NCBI RefSeq assembly: GCF_006345805.1
Contig: NC_043007.1
Coordinates: 48,980,001 to 49,044,000, forward strand
Length of the DNA stretch: 64,000 nt
DNA from: Octopus sinensis
Taxonomy: Eukaryota
Reading direction: 5' to 3'
Position numbers and translations under genes: made by a program. How positions within the stretch are numbered: the stretch's first letter is position 1; each line of letters opens with the position of its first letter. Under the pieces are notes generated by a model, which worked only from the letters and a program-made list of their open reading frames with translations, had not been told where the DNA came from and ran no database searches. Shown here one piece after another: positions 1 to 12,006 of this stretch.

Positions 1-195
1 CAGTGTTGCGCCAATCAGCTCATTTGCATACGCAAGTTGCTGTAGGATCGACTTACGACTGGCTAGTGCGGATGCGCGGATGCGCGTGTGCGCGCACCGG
101 GTCCAGTCTACGCGACTAGTACCTGTATTGGCTTTGTTATTTACTGGGACGTGTGTTTTGATGCATAGAATTGGTAATATTACTGTAATTCATTG

Positions 196-567
196 CAAAG
201 CGGCGAGCTGGCAGAAACGTTAGCACGCCGGGCGAAATGCTCAGCGGTATTTCGTCTGCGTTACGTTGTGAGTTCAAATTCCGCCGAGGTCGACTTTGCC
301 TTTCATCCTTTCGGGGTCGATAAATTAAGTACCAGTTACGCACTGGGGTCGATGTAATCGACTTAATACCTATGTCTGTCTTTGTTTGTCCCCTCTGTGT
401 TTAGCCCCTTGTCTGTCTTTATGCTCTGAGTTCAAATTCCGCCGAGGTCGACTTTGCTTTTCATCCTTTCAGGGTCGATAAATTAAGTACCAGTTACGTA
501 CTGGTGTCGATCTAATCAACTGGCTCCTCCTCACAAAGTTTCAGGCCCTGTGTTTAGAGTAGAAGAG
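196..567 (+). mobile_element. Composite tRNA-derived SINE (family A): one near-full copy fused to a 5'-truncated copy with a different tail
   Basis: Head GCGGCGAGCTGGCAGAAACGTTAGC and body GAGTTCAAATTCCGCCGAGGTCGACTTTGCC recur at 29.4k, 32.6k, 41.4k and 53.4k. Flanked by a 20-bp direct repeat with 1 mismatch (176-195, 568-587). Confidence 0.85.
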
Positions 568-639
568 AATATTATTGTAATTCATTGTTTTTATTCGCTT
601 AACGATCAGAGTGGGCTTCTGCTGTTGTTACGGTACTTC

Positions 640-754
640 GGATGCTAGCTTGAATTTCAGCCCCTCAAAACTAGTATCTATGTAATAGTCCACCCCATAC
701 ATTTGACCTTAAAAGTGGTCTAAAAATTCGACTTTTACACGAGTATATACGGTA
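640..754. mobile_element. Terminal fragment of a pogo/Tigger-like MITE
   Basis: Ends in CGACTTTTACACGAGTATATACGGTA, resembling a Tigger-type TIR plus TA; the other end was not found. Confidence 0.35.
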
Positions 755-944
755 TTTCTGTCTTCATTTGTAAAACATGCAAAAGCAAGGGAGATAATCA
801 TTGTTAGCGCAGTCCTAGAGTTTAATGAATTACAGAATTTTTTTTCTTATTTCTAATACATAAAAATCTATCGGGTTAAATCTCATTCCCATTTTTCGTT
901 CTTAATTTGCAACAGCAGAATCATTAAAGAGTTGGACAAATTGC

Positions 945-1115
945 GTTGTAGTACTTCTTACAGCCCTTTACATTCTGATTTCAAATCACTCGAATTCGAT
1001 CTTGTATTTTATTCTTTCCAGGTCGATAAAATAAAGTACTAGTCAAGAACTGGGGACGATGGTATCGACTATACTTCTCCACAAATTTTCCTTTGCTTTT
1101 GCTAGAAATGATAAT
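945..1115 (+). mobile_element. Degraded family A SINE
   Basis: Diverged match to the SINE body (GGTCGATAAAATAAAGTACTAGTC...TGGGGACGAT). Confidence 0.6.
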
Positions 1116-1226
1116 TCTCTAAGAGATAAAGGTCATACCTTCCAGATTTTTTAATGTTAGGAACATTGCAAATACTGAAAGTTACAAAAACAAAACAAAA
1201 ATTTAGTTGGTATAACAAAACATATA

Positions 1227-2016
1227 TCTATATATATAAAACTCAACTTATGTGTCTGTGTGTGTGTCTGCGTGTTTAACTTCCCGGCACATCTCCTCCT
1301 AGCCAACCAATCGTAGAACCACCAAAAATGGGTCACTTAAAGTTTAGGCGAATGAAAATTGAACTGCGCTATTTCTGTTCCGAAATTCATCTCGCATGTG
1401 CAAAAATCGATAATGTGTTTGTTTAGGCCTTATCCCATGCATTGAATAGTGAACTTTACTCAGTCAGCTGTCTGACCTGAACTGTGTTCACCACGCATGC
1501 AAGCATGCGTAAATTGCATGAAAAATAAAAAATCAAGATATAAAAACGAATCGCCGTAAACATTGTAGAAATTCGGCAAAGAAATGAATTTTCGGGATGT
1601 TGCCTGGAGGGTTTTTTCGTATTAATCGTTTGGACTTTCTGAACACATACCAATTGTTTTCATAACATTTTTAACGCTTTGAATTAAATGTGACCATTTT
1701 GCGTTGAGTCTGCAGTTTGAATCACTTTAACCAAATTTTAGCAGCGACTCCCTGAAACTCTCCCCCGAATCCCAGTTGAGAAATACTGATCTAAAAGAAT
1801 AATTCAACAATGCAATTATTTGATCAACAAAAATTTATGAAACGTTTCTACGTACTTCCTATTGAGGAAATGGAACACATAAGCACAAAAATAGAGGGCA
1901 TTAAATGCTTGATTTTAAAACCAAAATAATTGAATTTTGATTGAACTTCATCCAAATTTAGCTTAATTCGCGCGTGCATAGAACGCACGAGCGCACGAGC
2001 CGGGCAATACTGCTAG
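1227..2016 (+). mobile_element. Non-autonomous Helitron
   Basis: 5' TCTATATATATAAAA; 3' GC-rich hairpin-like segment then GCCGGGCAATACTGCTAG; inserted between A1226 and T2017 with no TSD. Confidence 0.75.
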
Positions 2017-2049
2017 TTGGTTATGAATTAAAAATACACATGACAGTTT

Positions 2050-3986
2050 AAACAACTTTTGTCCTTCTAAGCCTCTTGTGCAGAGTGTCATCTTCTTTTT
2101 TTATACCCCAGCAGTAGTCTGCCAACATGCCAGGGTTCCATTTTCCTTTGAATCGTTGTTCCATCACTGAAATACCCCGATGGAATCTTTCGCCATGTTC
2201 ATCACTCACATCACCGAGATTTTCCGCAAAAAATCCAAATGAGAGTGAAGCACACGAACTTTTAGAGACATGTTATATCCCATATCATGATAATGACTCA
2301 GCAGATCATTCACAGCTTGCACATAGTCTTTTGAACGATGGTTGCCTAGGGAGTTATCGCAAACTTTCTTGAATGACTCAAAGGCAAGCTTCTCTTTTCT
2401 CTTGAGATGTGTGATGAAGGTTTCATCAAGTACAATTTTTCGAATTTGGGGACCTATGAAGAAACCTTCTTTAATTTTAGTGTGACTCAGGGAAGGGAAC
2501 TTTTCTGCAAGATATGCAAATGCGATTCCTTGTCCAAGGCTTTCACAAATTGCTTAAACAAACCAAGTTTAATATGCAAAGGTGGTAAAAACAAATCTAT
2601 CACTTTTCACAAGTGGTTTGTGCATGATGTGTTTTCCTTGCTCAATTTCATCTCGGATCGGCCTATCCTTGCGTATATAATGTTTAGCTCTTGCTCTGGA
2701 ATTCCATAAGCACAAGAAGCAGCAAAATTTAGTAAAGCCAAACTGAAGGCCAGTAAGCATGGCCATAACCTTAAATCTGCACAAATGTGCCAGGTATGGT
2801 CATCATACTGTATGCTTGTTAGAATTGCTTTCAGATTTTCTTATGAATCTTTCATGGTTGTGCTATAAGCTATGGGAACAGAAGGCAGAGTGTTACCATT
2901 GTGTAACAGAACAGCTTTGATACTGTCTTTGGATGCATCTATGAAAAGTCGTTAGTTGGTTTTATCATATGGTGTTTCTAGTTGCTCAAAAAGTTCAGTG
3001 ATGTCATTACAAAAGCATAAGTCATTTTTCATGGTGAATAATGCAAGCAGATCCTCTGTACGTTTTCTGTACAGTGTTATCTTCGCTCCTTTCTCAAGAA
3101 GATTACGTTCTTGAAGCCTTGATGCCAGAAACTCACTTTTCTCTTTGGTTAAATAGAAATCCCTGCACAAGTCATTTAGATCCTCTTGAGAAAATGGTAT
3201 TGGTTTATTCTCGCTTTCTGGGTCATTGGACTCCACACATTCACCACTGGAATGTTCATCAGCACTGCTGGAACTCTGCATTTCTTGATCTGGAGGTTTG
3301 GGCACAGGTAAATTTTCTGAGCACTCTACTGGGCACATTGCTGATTGCAAATTTGGGTAAACAATGTGTTTCTTTTTCTTTTCTGTAGTACAGCCTGTAA
3401 GGTCATGCTGACAGAAATAGCAATCATTAGAGTGATTTTTCTGCTCACGCCAAATGATTGGCACACCAAACTTCATGTGAACATTTTTTCCTGCATACCA
3501 GGCACTCAATGTTTTCACACATGTAAAGCAACACACGAGGAGCCCATGACTTATCCTGGTTTCCTAAGTAACAATCGAAGTACACCTTGTATATTTTCTT
3601 GATATGGCGTGTAATACTGCGCTTTTCTTTAGCAAAAGTCAATTCCCCACAGATATAACAGAATCTGTTTGGATCATTTTTGCACTGTCTTGCATTCATT
3701 GTTGAAAACAAATAAGATCTGAAAGATAAAAAATAACATTAAATACAAGCTTTGAATCACATTATAGATGTTACTAAGATTGGCCTCTAGCCCTGGGTTG
3801 AAACCCATTTTACAATGCGGTAGAGAATTTTATTTAATAATAATGACAAAAAGGGTATATATAGTGACAATTCTGTAGAAACCATGTTTAATTCAACAAA
3901 AAGAAGGCTAGAAATGGATTTCCCATGTCATTTTGCATATAAAAATGGCCACAGATCTCTTGTACTTTTTTGAGTGTTGCACAGTG
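2050..3986 (-). mobile_element. Decayed Chapaev3-like (CMC superfamily) DNA transposon with frameshifted transposase
   Basis: ORFs 3445-3711, 2952-3536 and 2569-2784 give CKNDPNRFCYICG, LGNQDKSWAP, FGVPIIWREQKNHSNDCYFC and CCFLCLWNSRAR. Putative 5' TIR CACTGTGCAAC at 3986; the 3' TIR was not found. Confidence 0.75.
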
Positions 3987-6030
3987 TATTTTGCCCGGTA
4001 CAATAACAATTCTGCCAGCCCGCTGCCTTTCTTTTTAATGAGCATTAAGACTTCATTAACGATAGCCATTTTTCTTGCCTTTGAATAATTTTGCATATAT
4101 AAATATCACGTGTTTTTGCATGTGAATAAATTAATATATCATATGTTCTGTGTATATTCATTGATGAATGTGCCGCGCATTCGTAACTGAGCTTCTAGTG
4201 CTGTATTAAATCTCGGTGACTAGTGATATTTCGACGTGTTTATGCATATTTTGATTTCGGTTGTAGTTAAGCCAACATTACTAAGCACCTACCGATAAAC
4301 CAAACACTCTCACTGAAGCAGCACTCGCTATATTTAACATTCATGATATTTTGGTAAGTTTGCCTTTTCGTTGTTTTATATCATTAAACTGCAGAATTTT
4401 AAAGATATGTTAAGTCAGATGACTACTAAGAGCACTACATCGAGAGACATTGACTTCATTTAGTGCAATGGCACTCAAAAACTTTTTTTTATATATATCT
4501 TGCTAGTGACCTCGTTCGGTACATAAATTATTTTAGTGGATTCTACGAAGACGATACTAGTTGAAAGAAAAATAAATTTACCATATAAAAAGTTATTTGT
4601 TGCAGATTATAATACCGACTATATATACGCAGATAAAATTAAGTTTTAGTAAAGACAAATGCGTAGTTAGAACAAGCTAAATGGATTTACTAAAATTAAA
4701 ATTTAAAAATGTGTAATTTGTTAAAAGAAAATAAATGAATACATCAAATAAAACAAAAGCAAATACATATTCTTATCATTGTCACTTTATCCAGCGTGAA
4801 ACCTTGTGACTGGTACATACTCAATTTTTAAAATATCTGTTTGCAGCGTTGTTAGTGACTCTTAAGCTTTTTAAAGTGGAAAAGGCAACCAGATAAAAAT
4901 AGATTAAATAAGATAAGGAATATGCAAGTATTTTCATGTTTAGTATAGATACTGATGAAATTAGCTAAAAGAGTAAATATACAGATTATGATCGTGATCG
5001 TACGTGTATGAATTAAAATTTGTGTGGCTCCCCTCAGATACTTGTGGTTTTTCACAATCAGTCTGTAAATCCTCTAGCTGCCCTATTTCGCTTAAATTTG
5101 ATTAAAATTTATCAGCACCTTACCAGATCTAAATTCAGCGATCTCATTGGAAATTGTACGTGATAGATGTTCTCTCCGAAAAGCTTCGGTGGAAATGGCG
5201 TAGCTTTGTGTGGTTCCGATGAAGTCAAATGCTACCACATTGTTATAGTCCTTAGAATATTGGATTGTTATAACGCTTACTTCAGTATACAATATACTTA
5301 GTAAAACCAGTAAATAAAACGACTATCTCTGACCGCCTACTACGTACTATTTTCTTTATTGGCCACACAAAGCCGAACATAGAGGGGACGATACAGGACA
5401 TTACACGTGGGGCCGAAAAAAGAAAGAATCGAATGAGTAAAAGTATGATTAATAAATGAAAAGAATAACAAAGAGCAGCTACCACCCAGGCAGCGTCAAT
5501 TTCTGGCGGTACTTCTTGCATCTTGATCCGGGACGTTCTGCATCCCAAATATCAAGGCAGGAGTACCACCTCTTTTGTTTTTAGTGTGAGTACTGGGTTC
5601 TCCCTGGCTTTTTCCGCCATTACAAATCTAATCTCGATTGAGAACTTCCTGCCTCGGGCAACATACGCCACATCCTTCCAGACTGGTCCGAGGCATTTTT
5701 CAATTTTTTTCTTTGGTCACATTAGCGATCTTTCTGTTTTCTGCGTCGTAAGTTTTGCATATTATACATTTATTTTTAGTCTGTGTCGTGATGTCGCTTG
5801 CGGGGTGACGATTCAAACATCGCCCCCATCCAAGGATAACATGCCATAAAACGTTTGGTATTCCGACCTTGTTATTTCAAGGCTTTCCTTATGGACTGCG
5901 GTTACCGGAGCGAAATTTGTTACCCCATCATTCGTTTGGTTACCCATGTTGGCCTCTTCTAGAACCATTCGTTCCTTTACCACTTCCACACTTTGGTTTG
6001 TCATAATTTTCCGTAGAAAAACACAGATAT

Positions 6031-6403
6031 ATGTAAAATATAGAAGCCATCTTATCATGGCTAACCACATTGGGGAGGGGGTTGTTACTGTAGCATTATA
6101 GCCCCAAGAGATCTTCGTCTCTAGCTGGCTCTAAACACAATATCTGTATCCTTGGAGTATTTGCAAAGGGAGGCCATCCCTTCCTCGCAAGCCTGAGTGA
6201 TACGCTCGAACTAGTTTCGGGATGTTTGTCCCTCGTCAACGGGCGGCAACCACCAGGTAGCGATGAAAGTGAAGGCTCCTTTGCAAATAGATATAAGTTT
6301 TTCTAATGGCGTCTGCCACTGATGTCGAAAAACGAACAGTAAGCATAATTAAATCTCAGAATGAGATTGAAACAGTAATCGCTCGATAATGTAAAGTATA
6401 GAA
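6031..6403 (-). mobile_element. ~358-bp PLE-pLTR/retrozyme-like monomer (family X) inserted in array unit 2
   Basis: Homologous along its length to 14168-14524; 15-bp terminal direct repeat ATGTAAA(A/G)TATAGAA at 6031 and 6389; contains a hammerhead motif. Confidence 0.65.
6203..6245 (-). ncRNA. Minimal type-I hammerhead ribozyme motif (U3 variant)
   Basis: Minus strand: CGCCCG TTGACGA GGGA caaaca TCCC GAAA CTAG TT CGAGCG. Stem I 5/6 bp, stem II 4 bp, palindromic stem III. Confidence 0.6.
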
Positions 6404-8998
6404 ATATATATATATAATAAATTTCTCAGACAGGAGAAAAAGATTTCTTAAATAAATTGCTTGCAAAGGAGGAAAAGAAAGAAATTCCTCGCACAGTAGA
6501 ACAAGATTTGTTTTTAAATAAATTCCTCACAAAAGTGAAAAATATTTTTTGAAAAATTCTTGCAAATGAGAATCACGAGTTCAGTCCACCGCCCTCGTAG
6601 GGTGAAGGATACAGTTTACAAACAAAAACTTTCAATAAGTTACAGTTCAAAAAAAAAAAAAGAAAGAAAAAACTCAACGTTCAAATCTTTCCCCTTTAGA
6701 GGAAAGCACAGAATTCCAACAACAGACCTGCTAAGCAGGTAACAGCGTTCAACAAACAGTAACAAATTCAACAGTATCTTCATAAAGCCATCCAATATAG
6801 AAACAACACGACACACTGTGAACTGTGGAAGTAGCACGACCGCGTACTACATACTTTTTCTTTTATTGGCCACACAGTTCCTAACACAGACGAGACACCA
6901 CATGGTGGAGGACAGAAAAAAGGTTGGAAAGGACGAATTAGATAAAATGATAAATGAAATGAAGCCATTCGGCCTCACCTCCGAGCAACTTCATTGAACC
7001 TGTTAATACAAAATTTTAAAACATTATCTGTAACAGTTATTTTTTCCGAAGAATATCCATGTTAAATTTCTTTAAAAGTTCAAAATAGCTTACCCATTCT
7101 GGTATTGTACTGGTGTCCATTTTCTTGACCCACCAATCAAAGTCCTCCTCATAATCCTTTACTCTCGAAAGATACTCTGGCACCACACACTGAAAGAACT
7201 TGGGCAATCCCCTAACTTCTGTAGTATTCACTTTTATCGTTCTGTCCTACGAGTCTATCTCATTATAAAGTTTTCATTTCGTCCGTTGTATAGTATAACA
7301 TATTTTTTCTTACATGCAAGAGTGGGGAAGTTTGGGGCTCCTGTGTGCTTGTGCTTTTTTGTGTCAGGTGAGGCATGGAGAGGGTAGGTGTCTGTAGGGG
7401 GAGGCTGGAGTAGAGTGGGTGTGGGATGAGGGTCATCATTTACAAAGTGTGCTTTTTTTACTTCTCTTTCTTCTTTTTTCCCAGCCGTTTCCCATCCGTT
7501 CTTTCCCTCGTTCACCTCCTCTTCCTCGGCGCTGGTACTGGTTTTCGTTGGTGGTGAAGTCGTGATTTCCTTTCTGCTCTCGGGTTTCTCTTTAATCTTC
7601 ACAGGTGGCGGACAGTCCGCTCTAATGTGGCCTTTCAGATTCTGCCTTTTGCTCTGACCCTGAGTGTCACCTCTTCGACCGTGATGGTCTCGACCATGTT
7701 TTCAAGGTCTTCCGGGACCGCCTACATTATCATATTTAGGCTCTGCTCTTGCCAGTTCTTATGGGGTGCTCTGGTGGCCTGGAGGACTACTACCTTCTCT
7801 TTCGTGCCCAGCAGTATGACAGCTGCTAGCCAGGCTACATCAATTTCTGGGGGTATATCTTCTACCCTAACTCTGGAAGCACACCTCCCAAGGTATATGA
7901 GTAGAATCACCATTCCATCCGTTTTAAAGGCTGTTGCCGAGTGCAGCCTAGCATTAGCTACCTCCCGGAACTGCAGCTCTACCGTTCCAAACTTTCTTTC
8001 TCTGGCAAAGTAAGAAATCCCTTGCCAGATTGGTTTTAATGCCTTTTCGACTTGAGCGGTCGACATGATTTCAATTTTCCTTGTCCGCCTACTACGAACT
8101 CTGGTACTTTTCGTACTTCTCTTTACTTATAGTGACTAGATTATTCCGTTCGTCACGTGTGAGAGTTGTACCATTATTACTAATTCCCTACAACACTCTT
8201 TGACAGTATCTTGACTGGATTTTTAAACTCGACATAGAGCAATTTAAAATTTTCTATTGTTACCCTCTTGTTTGAGTCCGTCCTTACCAGTATAGTAGCA
8301 AGATTTGAAACCGAATTGACGAATTGCCAAGTTAAAATCACATTTAAGTAACAGTTTTCAAGTGATCGGCCGAATTATAGACAAGTCAGTAGCCAAACAT
8401 CACATGATGCATCTTTTTAGACGCATCTAGAATATTCTCCATAAAAGGCTTTTGAGCGCCGCCTGCAGCTAAGCTAACTGCATACTTATTTTGTTGCTTT
8501 TAACAGTCGTTATCACGACTCTCACTGAATCTAGACACGCAGCTACAGTTCGCTGACAGGATCCCAGTATATTTTCTCCTGTTTCCGCAGCTTAATTACA
8601 GAGCCTTTTAAATCAACTATTTGTAAAAGCTACATAAAATTCTTTCCAGTGTGTAAACTTTGTTGTCATAATTTTTAATTCACGAATAAACATGAAAACA
8701 TGAAAATTATTTATGCGGAGAAAAAACTCTGTTAATTGATCCCGAGTGTTTTGTGATCATTATAAGCAGCCTGAACGCAACTTTCATCATATATCTTTCA
8801 ACCTTTGTCTATCGTGGCAACCATCTAGTATACCCCGCTACTGTACCACCACTAACTGATCATTTATGCAACCAAGAACACTCCAAGTCTGTTGAGAATT
8901 TTAGTTTATATTTGCTAAGACTTGGACTAACAAATCTAGAGATCAAACGAAAACAACGGCAGCCTTTGTGTCCCTGCAGTTTCCTCCTTTCATTCGGT

Positions 8999-9263
8999 GT
9001 GAAGGCGCGTGCCCCAGTAGTTAGGCTGTTGCACCCACGATCGCTAGATCGTAGGTTCAATTCTCAGACCGGGCGGCGCGTTCTGTTCTTGAGCAAAACA
9101 CTTCATTTCACGTTGCTTCAGTCACTTTTCGATCAAAGGGGAATGTTGGCCTGCTCGCTTAGCCAGCAGAGTGGCGTCATTTGATGGCTAAAACAATGCA
9201 AAGAGCATTGTTACCAGCAATGTGTAACATCTAATAGTCTGGTTGGTTACGTGATCACATGAT
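8999..9263 (+). mobile_element. tRNA-derived SINE (family C)
   Basis: tRNA-like head with A/B boxes (GGTTCAATTC), then GAGCAAAACACTTCATTTCACGTTGC; related minus-strand copy at 47930-48168. Confidence 0.7.
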
Positions 9264-9736
9264 ATGTATTCAGTACCCCTCGTATCTCAGCTGCTCTCAT
9301 TAATCCCATGCACCAATTTTTTTCTGTTCCTGAGAATTGTGGCAAGTAGATTTAGAGTCCTCCAAGGTTATAATATCACTTTTCTCTCTCTCTAAGAATC
9401 CAACGTCTCCGGGGCTTTGGCATCATAGCTCTCCCTCTTTCGAGTCCAGCATCTCCAGGGTTATAGAGTCACTCCTCTCACACTTTACTGTTTACTATTT
9501 CGCAAGTTGTAAAACAGTACCGGTCATCTCAGTAACGAGTAGTACTCACTATACCTTTACTCTGCTAACATATACTACTTCTTCCATCGTGGTTCATTGA
9601 ACAGCTTTCATACGTTTTTGTCATGTAGTACACACCTTAGCATGGTTAATGCTGCATTCATGTTTTCGCTTCGATTAGTATGGATTTTTCCAACATAGTT
9701 ACACTGCCACACACTTAGTAAGGTTATATTGTTCCT

Positions 9737-9818
<82 letters not shown>
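9737..9818. repeat. (CTA)n microsatellite
   Basis: Visible directly in the sequence. Confidence 0.95.
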
Positions 9819-10406
9819 TTGGCACAAAGCCTGAAACGTTATTAAGGGAGGAAACTAGTCGATTGCTAGTCGTTCCAAATGTTTAACAGGTACTTATTTT
9901 ATCAACCCTGAAAGGATATAAGGAAAAGTTGCCCTTGCCAATATCTGAACTAACCAGAAGAAATGCTGCTAAGCATTTTGTCCAGTGTGGTAAGGTTTTT
10001 TTACCATCTCACTGCCAAATTTTGGCACAAGGCCAACAATTTTTAGGGCTTGGATTACTCAAAACCATTGACCCCTGTACTTGACTGCTACTTTATTTCA
10101 TCAACCCTGAAAGGATGAAAAACTGAGTTGAACTTATAAGGATTTCAACACAGAAGGCAAAGAGTCAGAAGACATACTACAAATCATTTTCTCCTTGTGC
10201 TGTAATGACTCTACCAGTTTGCAACATAAACAACAAATGCTCAGAAGATTTAAAGATAATCAATAAAATAAAACTCTAATCAAGACATCTAATTCAAATA
10301 TCTCAACATTTTGAACATTAGTCACATGGGATTGTTTTCGACAAATTTGTTGTAAAAGAAATCAGATATAAGCAGTGGTGAGGGACGAACACCGACAAAA
10401 AGTTAT

Positions 10407-10440
<34 letters not shown>

Positions 10441-10508
10441 GGTCCCGGGTTGAGGCGGGGTTAACCACAGTAAATAAGGTACTCAATACATAGCAGAGTA
10501 AATTAATT

Positions 10509-10561
10509 TATTTTATAGAAGGAGCTTCTATAGGACTTCTTCCTGTAGAAGCTCCTTCTAT

Positions 10562-10567
<6 letters not shown>
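10509..10567. repeat. 27-bp-arm hairpin with a one-sided unique extension, between (TA)n tracts
   Basis: TATTTTATAGAAGGAGCTTCTATAGGA / TCCTGTAGAAGCTCCTTCTATAAAATA, 1 mismatch, 5-nt loop. Confidence 0.85.
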
Positions 10568-10626
<59 letters not shown>

Positions 10627-10639
10627 ATATATATATTTG

Positions 10640-12000
10640 TAATATAGTATGTGACAGTTATTCGGTTGTCATAATAAAACTCCGAGTTTCGGATGTCGGG
10701 GCGGAAACCTGCATCGGCATCTCTTCAGTTATCGAGGCAATTAAAATATGCTCAGAAAATGACTCTTAAACAAAGGGAAATTACTATGTAAATGACCGTT
10801 ATTAAGACAAAAGAGCTATTAGGATGACCGTTAAACGAGGGAAAAAACCGAAGGGGAGGAAGTAAAAAGTAAAGGAGTAAGAAAGCCCATAGCAATCGCG
10901 TGTGCGTGCATGTACATACATAATACATACATGCATACATACATACATACATACATACACATGCGCACACGCACACCCACGTACATGTACCTATATGTAT
11001 AGGTTCACTCAGACTCGCATGAAACACACACATGCGCACTGACACATACGTCAAATAGATGCACGTATATATGCAAACATGCATCTACACGTATACAAAT
11101 TCACACACACGCGCGCATACACGCACACACACACACAGACACACACGTGCACGTAACCATACGCGCACAGTTATATTCAAATGCACCTCTAAAAACATAC
11201 ATGCTAAATATGCATATGCTCACTTACACTCGCGTGGACTCTCACGTACATATGCAGCCATACACATGTGCATATACATATACATATATACATACCCGCA
11301 CACACACACATGCACATGAAAATTTCATATGCACGTCTATATATGCACATGCACAAGAAAAATGCAGAGTGGAAGGTAAAATACAGGAAAAAAGTGTAAA
11401 AATATATAAAGCAATAAAAATATAAAAATATATCTCAATAAGTATGTAAAAATATGTAAAAAATATATAAGAAATATATATAAAAAGTATAGAGATAAAA
11501 CGCTTCTACGTGGACACGAGATAAAAAGCAAGTTCTATCTGTGATCTTATGGAGGACCAAAAACGTAACAAATATTTAGCCACATGTGAATATGATCCGA
11601 AAGGTTCAGATCTTGAATTTAGACATGTAGCAGGGTCTAAGCTGCTTTTCCAGATGAGCCCTCTTTCCATATCTCAAAGACCGCACTTACCACTGCCGTT
11701 GGTGTAAGGCTTACACTTGGCTAAGATCTTCCAATCGATGTTGTAACTGATACCTTTATCTTTTAAAGACCATATGTGACCAGATAATTTGGTCGTTTTC
11801 CTTTTATCCCAGTGCCTGAATCTGAAGGAGTGATTATTGAACCTGGCCTTGAAATTCCCCTCTGTAGGGGCTAAATATTTCTTTTCTCGAAACTACAAAA
11901 TGAAACCAGTTGTTCATGCAAGGATAACAATTTGTGCCCGCTAAATGGAGCTTGCATGTCCGAGACAATCATTTATGAAACCACTGTAAACTCTACAACC
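10640..12000 (-). mobile_element. 5'-truncated Penelope-like element: GIY-YIG endonuclease C-terminus plus 3' pLTR, with an inverted 5' segment
   Basis: Minus 11890-11545 translates to RKYLAPTEGNFKARFNNH...TKLSGHIWSLKDKGISYNIDWKIL...KCGL...CLNSRSE. Plus 11893-12000 gives NETSCSCKDNNLCPLNGACMSETIIYETTV, the motif that normally lies just upstream on the same strand. Confidence 0.8.
10673..10733 (-). ncRNA. Degenerate minimal hammerhead motif in the 3' pLTR region of a Penelope-like element
   Basis: Minus strand: GATAA CTGAAGA GATG...CATCC GAAA C TCGGA G TT TTATT. Confidence 0.55.
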
Positions 12001-12006
12001 AATTTA

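Larger units (their letters stand above)
5050..8100 (-). mobile_element. Head-to-tail array of three Tx1/L1-like units carrying ORF1 (gag-like) remnants but no EN/RT
   Basis: Homologous ORF1 segments: 7722-8066 (EKALKPIW...IPPEIDVAW) and 5470-5715 (EKCLGPVW...VPPEIDAAW); half zinc knuckle GHIRADCP near 7620. Shared 5' motif at 8083, 6838 and 5331; at 6838 and 5331 it directly follows GGCCAATAAA(A)GAAAA. Confidence 0.65.

Noticed and set aside
137-343. ORF MRNWYLIYRPRKDERQ..., repeated at 53372-53563
   Set aside because: Antisense reading of the family A SINE.
4180-4360. Possible first non-coding exon of UGT (donor-like GTAAGT near 4353)
   Set aside because: 53 kb from the acceptor, with no sequence-only evidence linking them.
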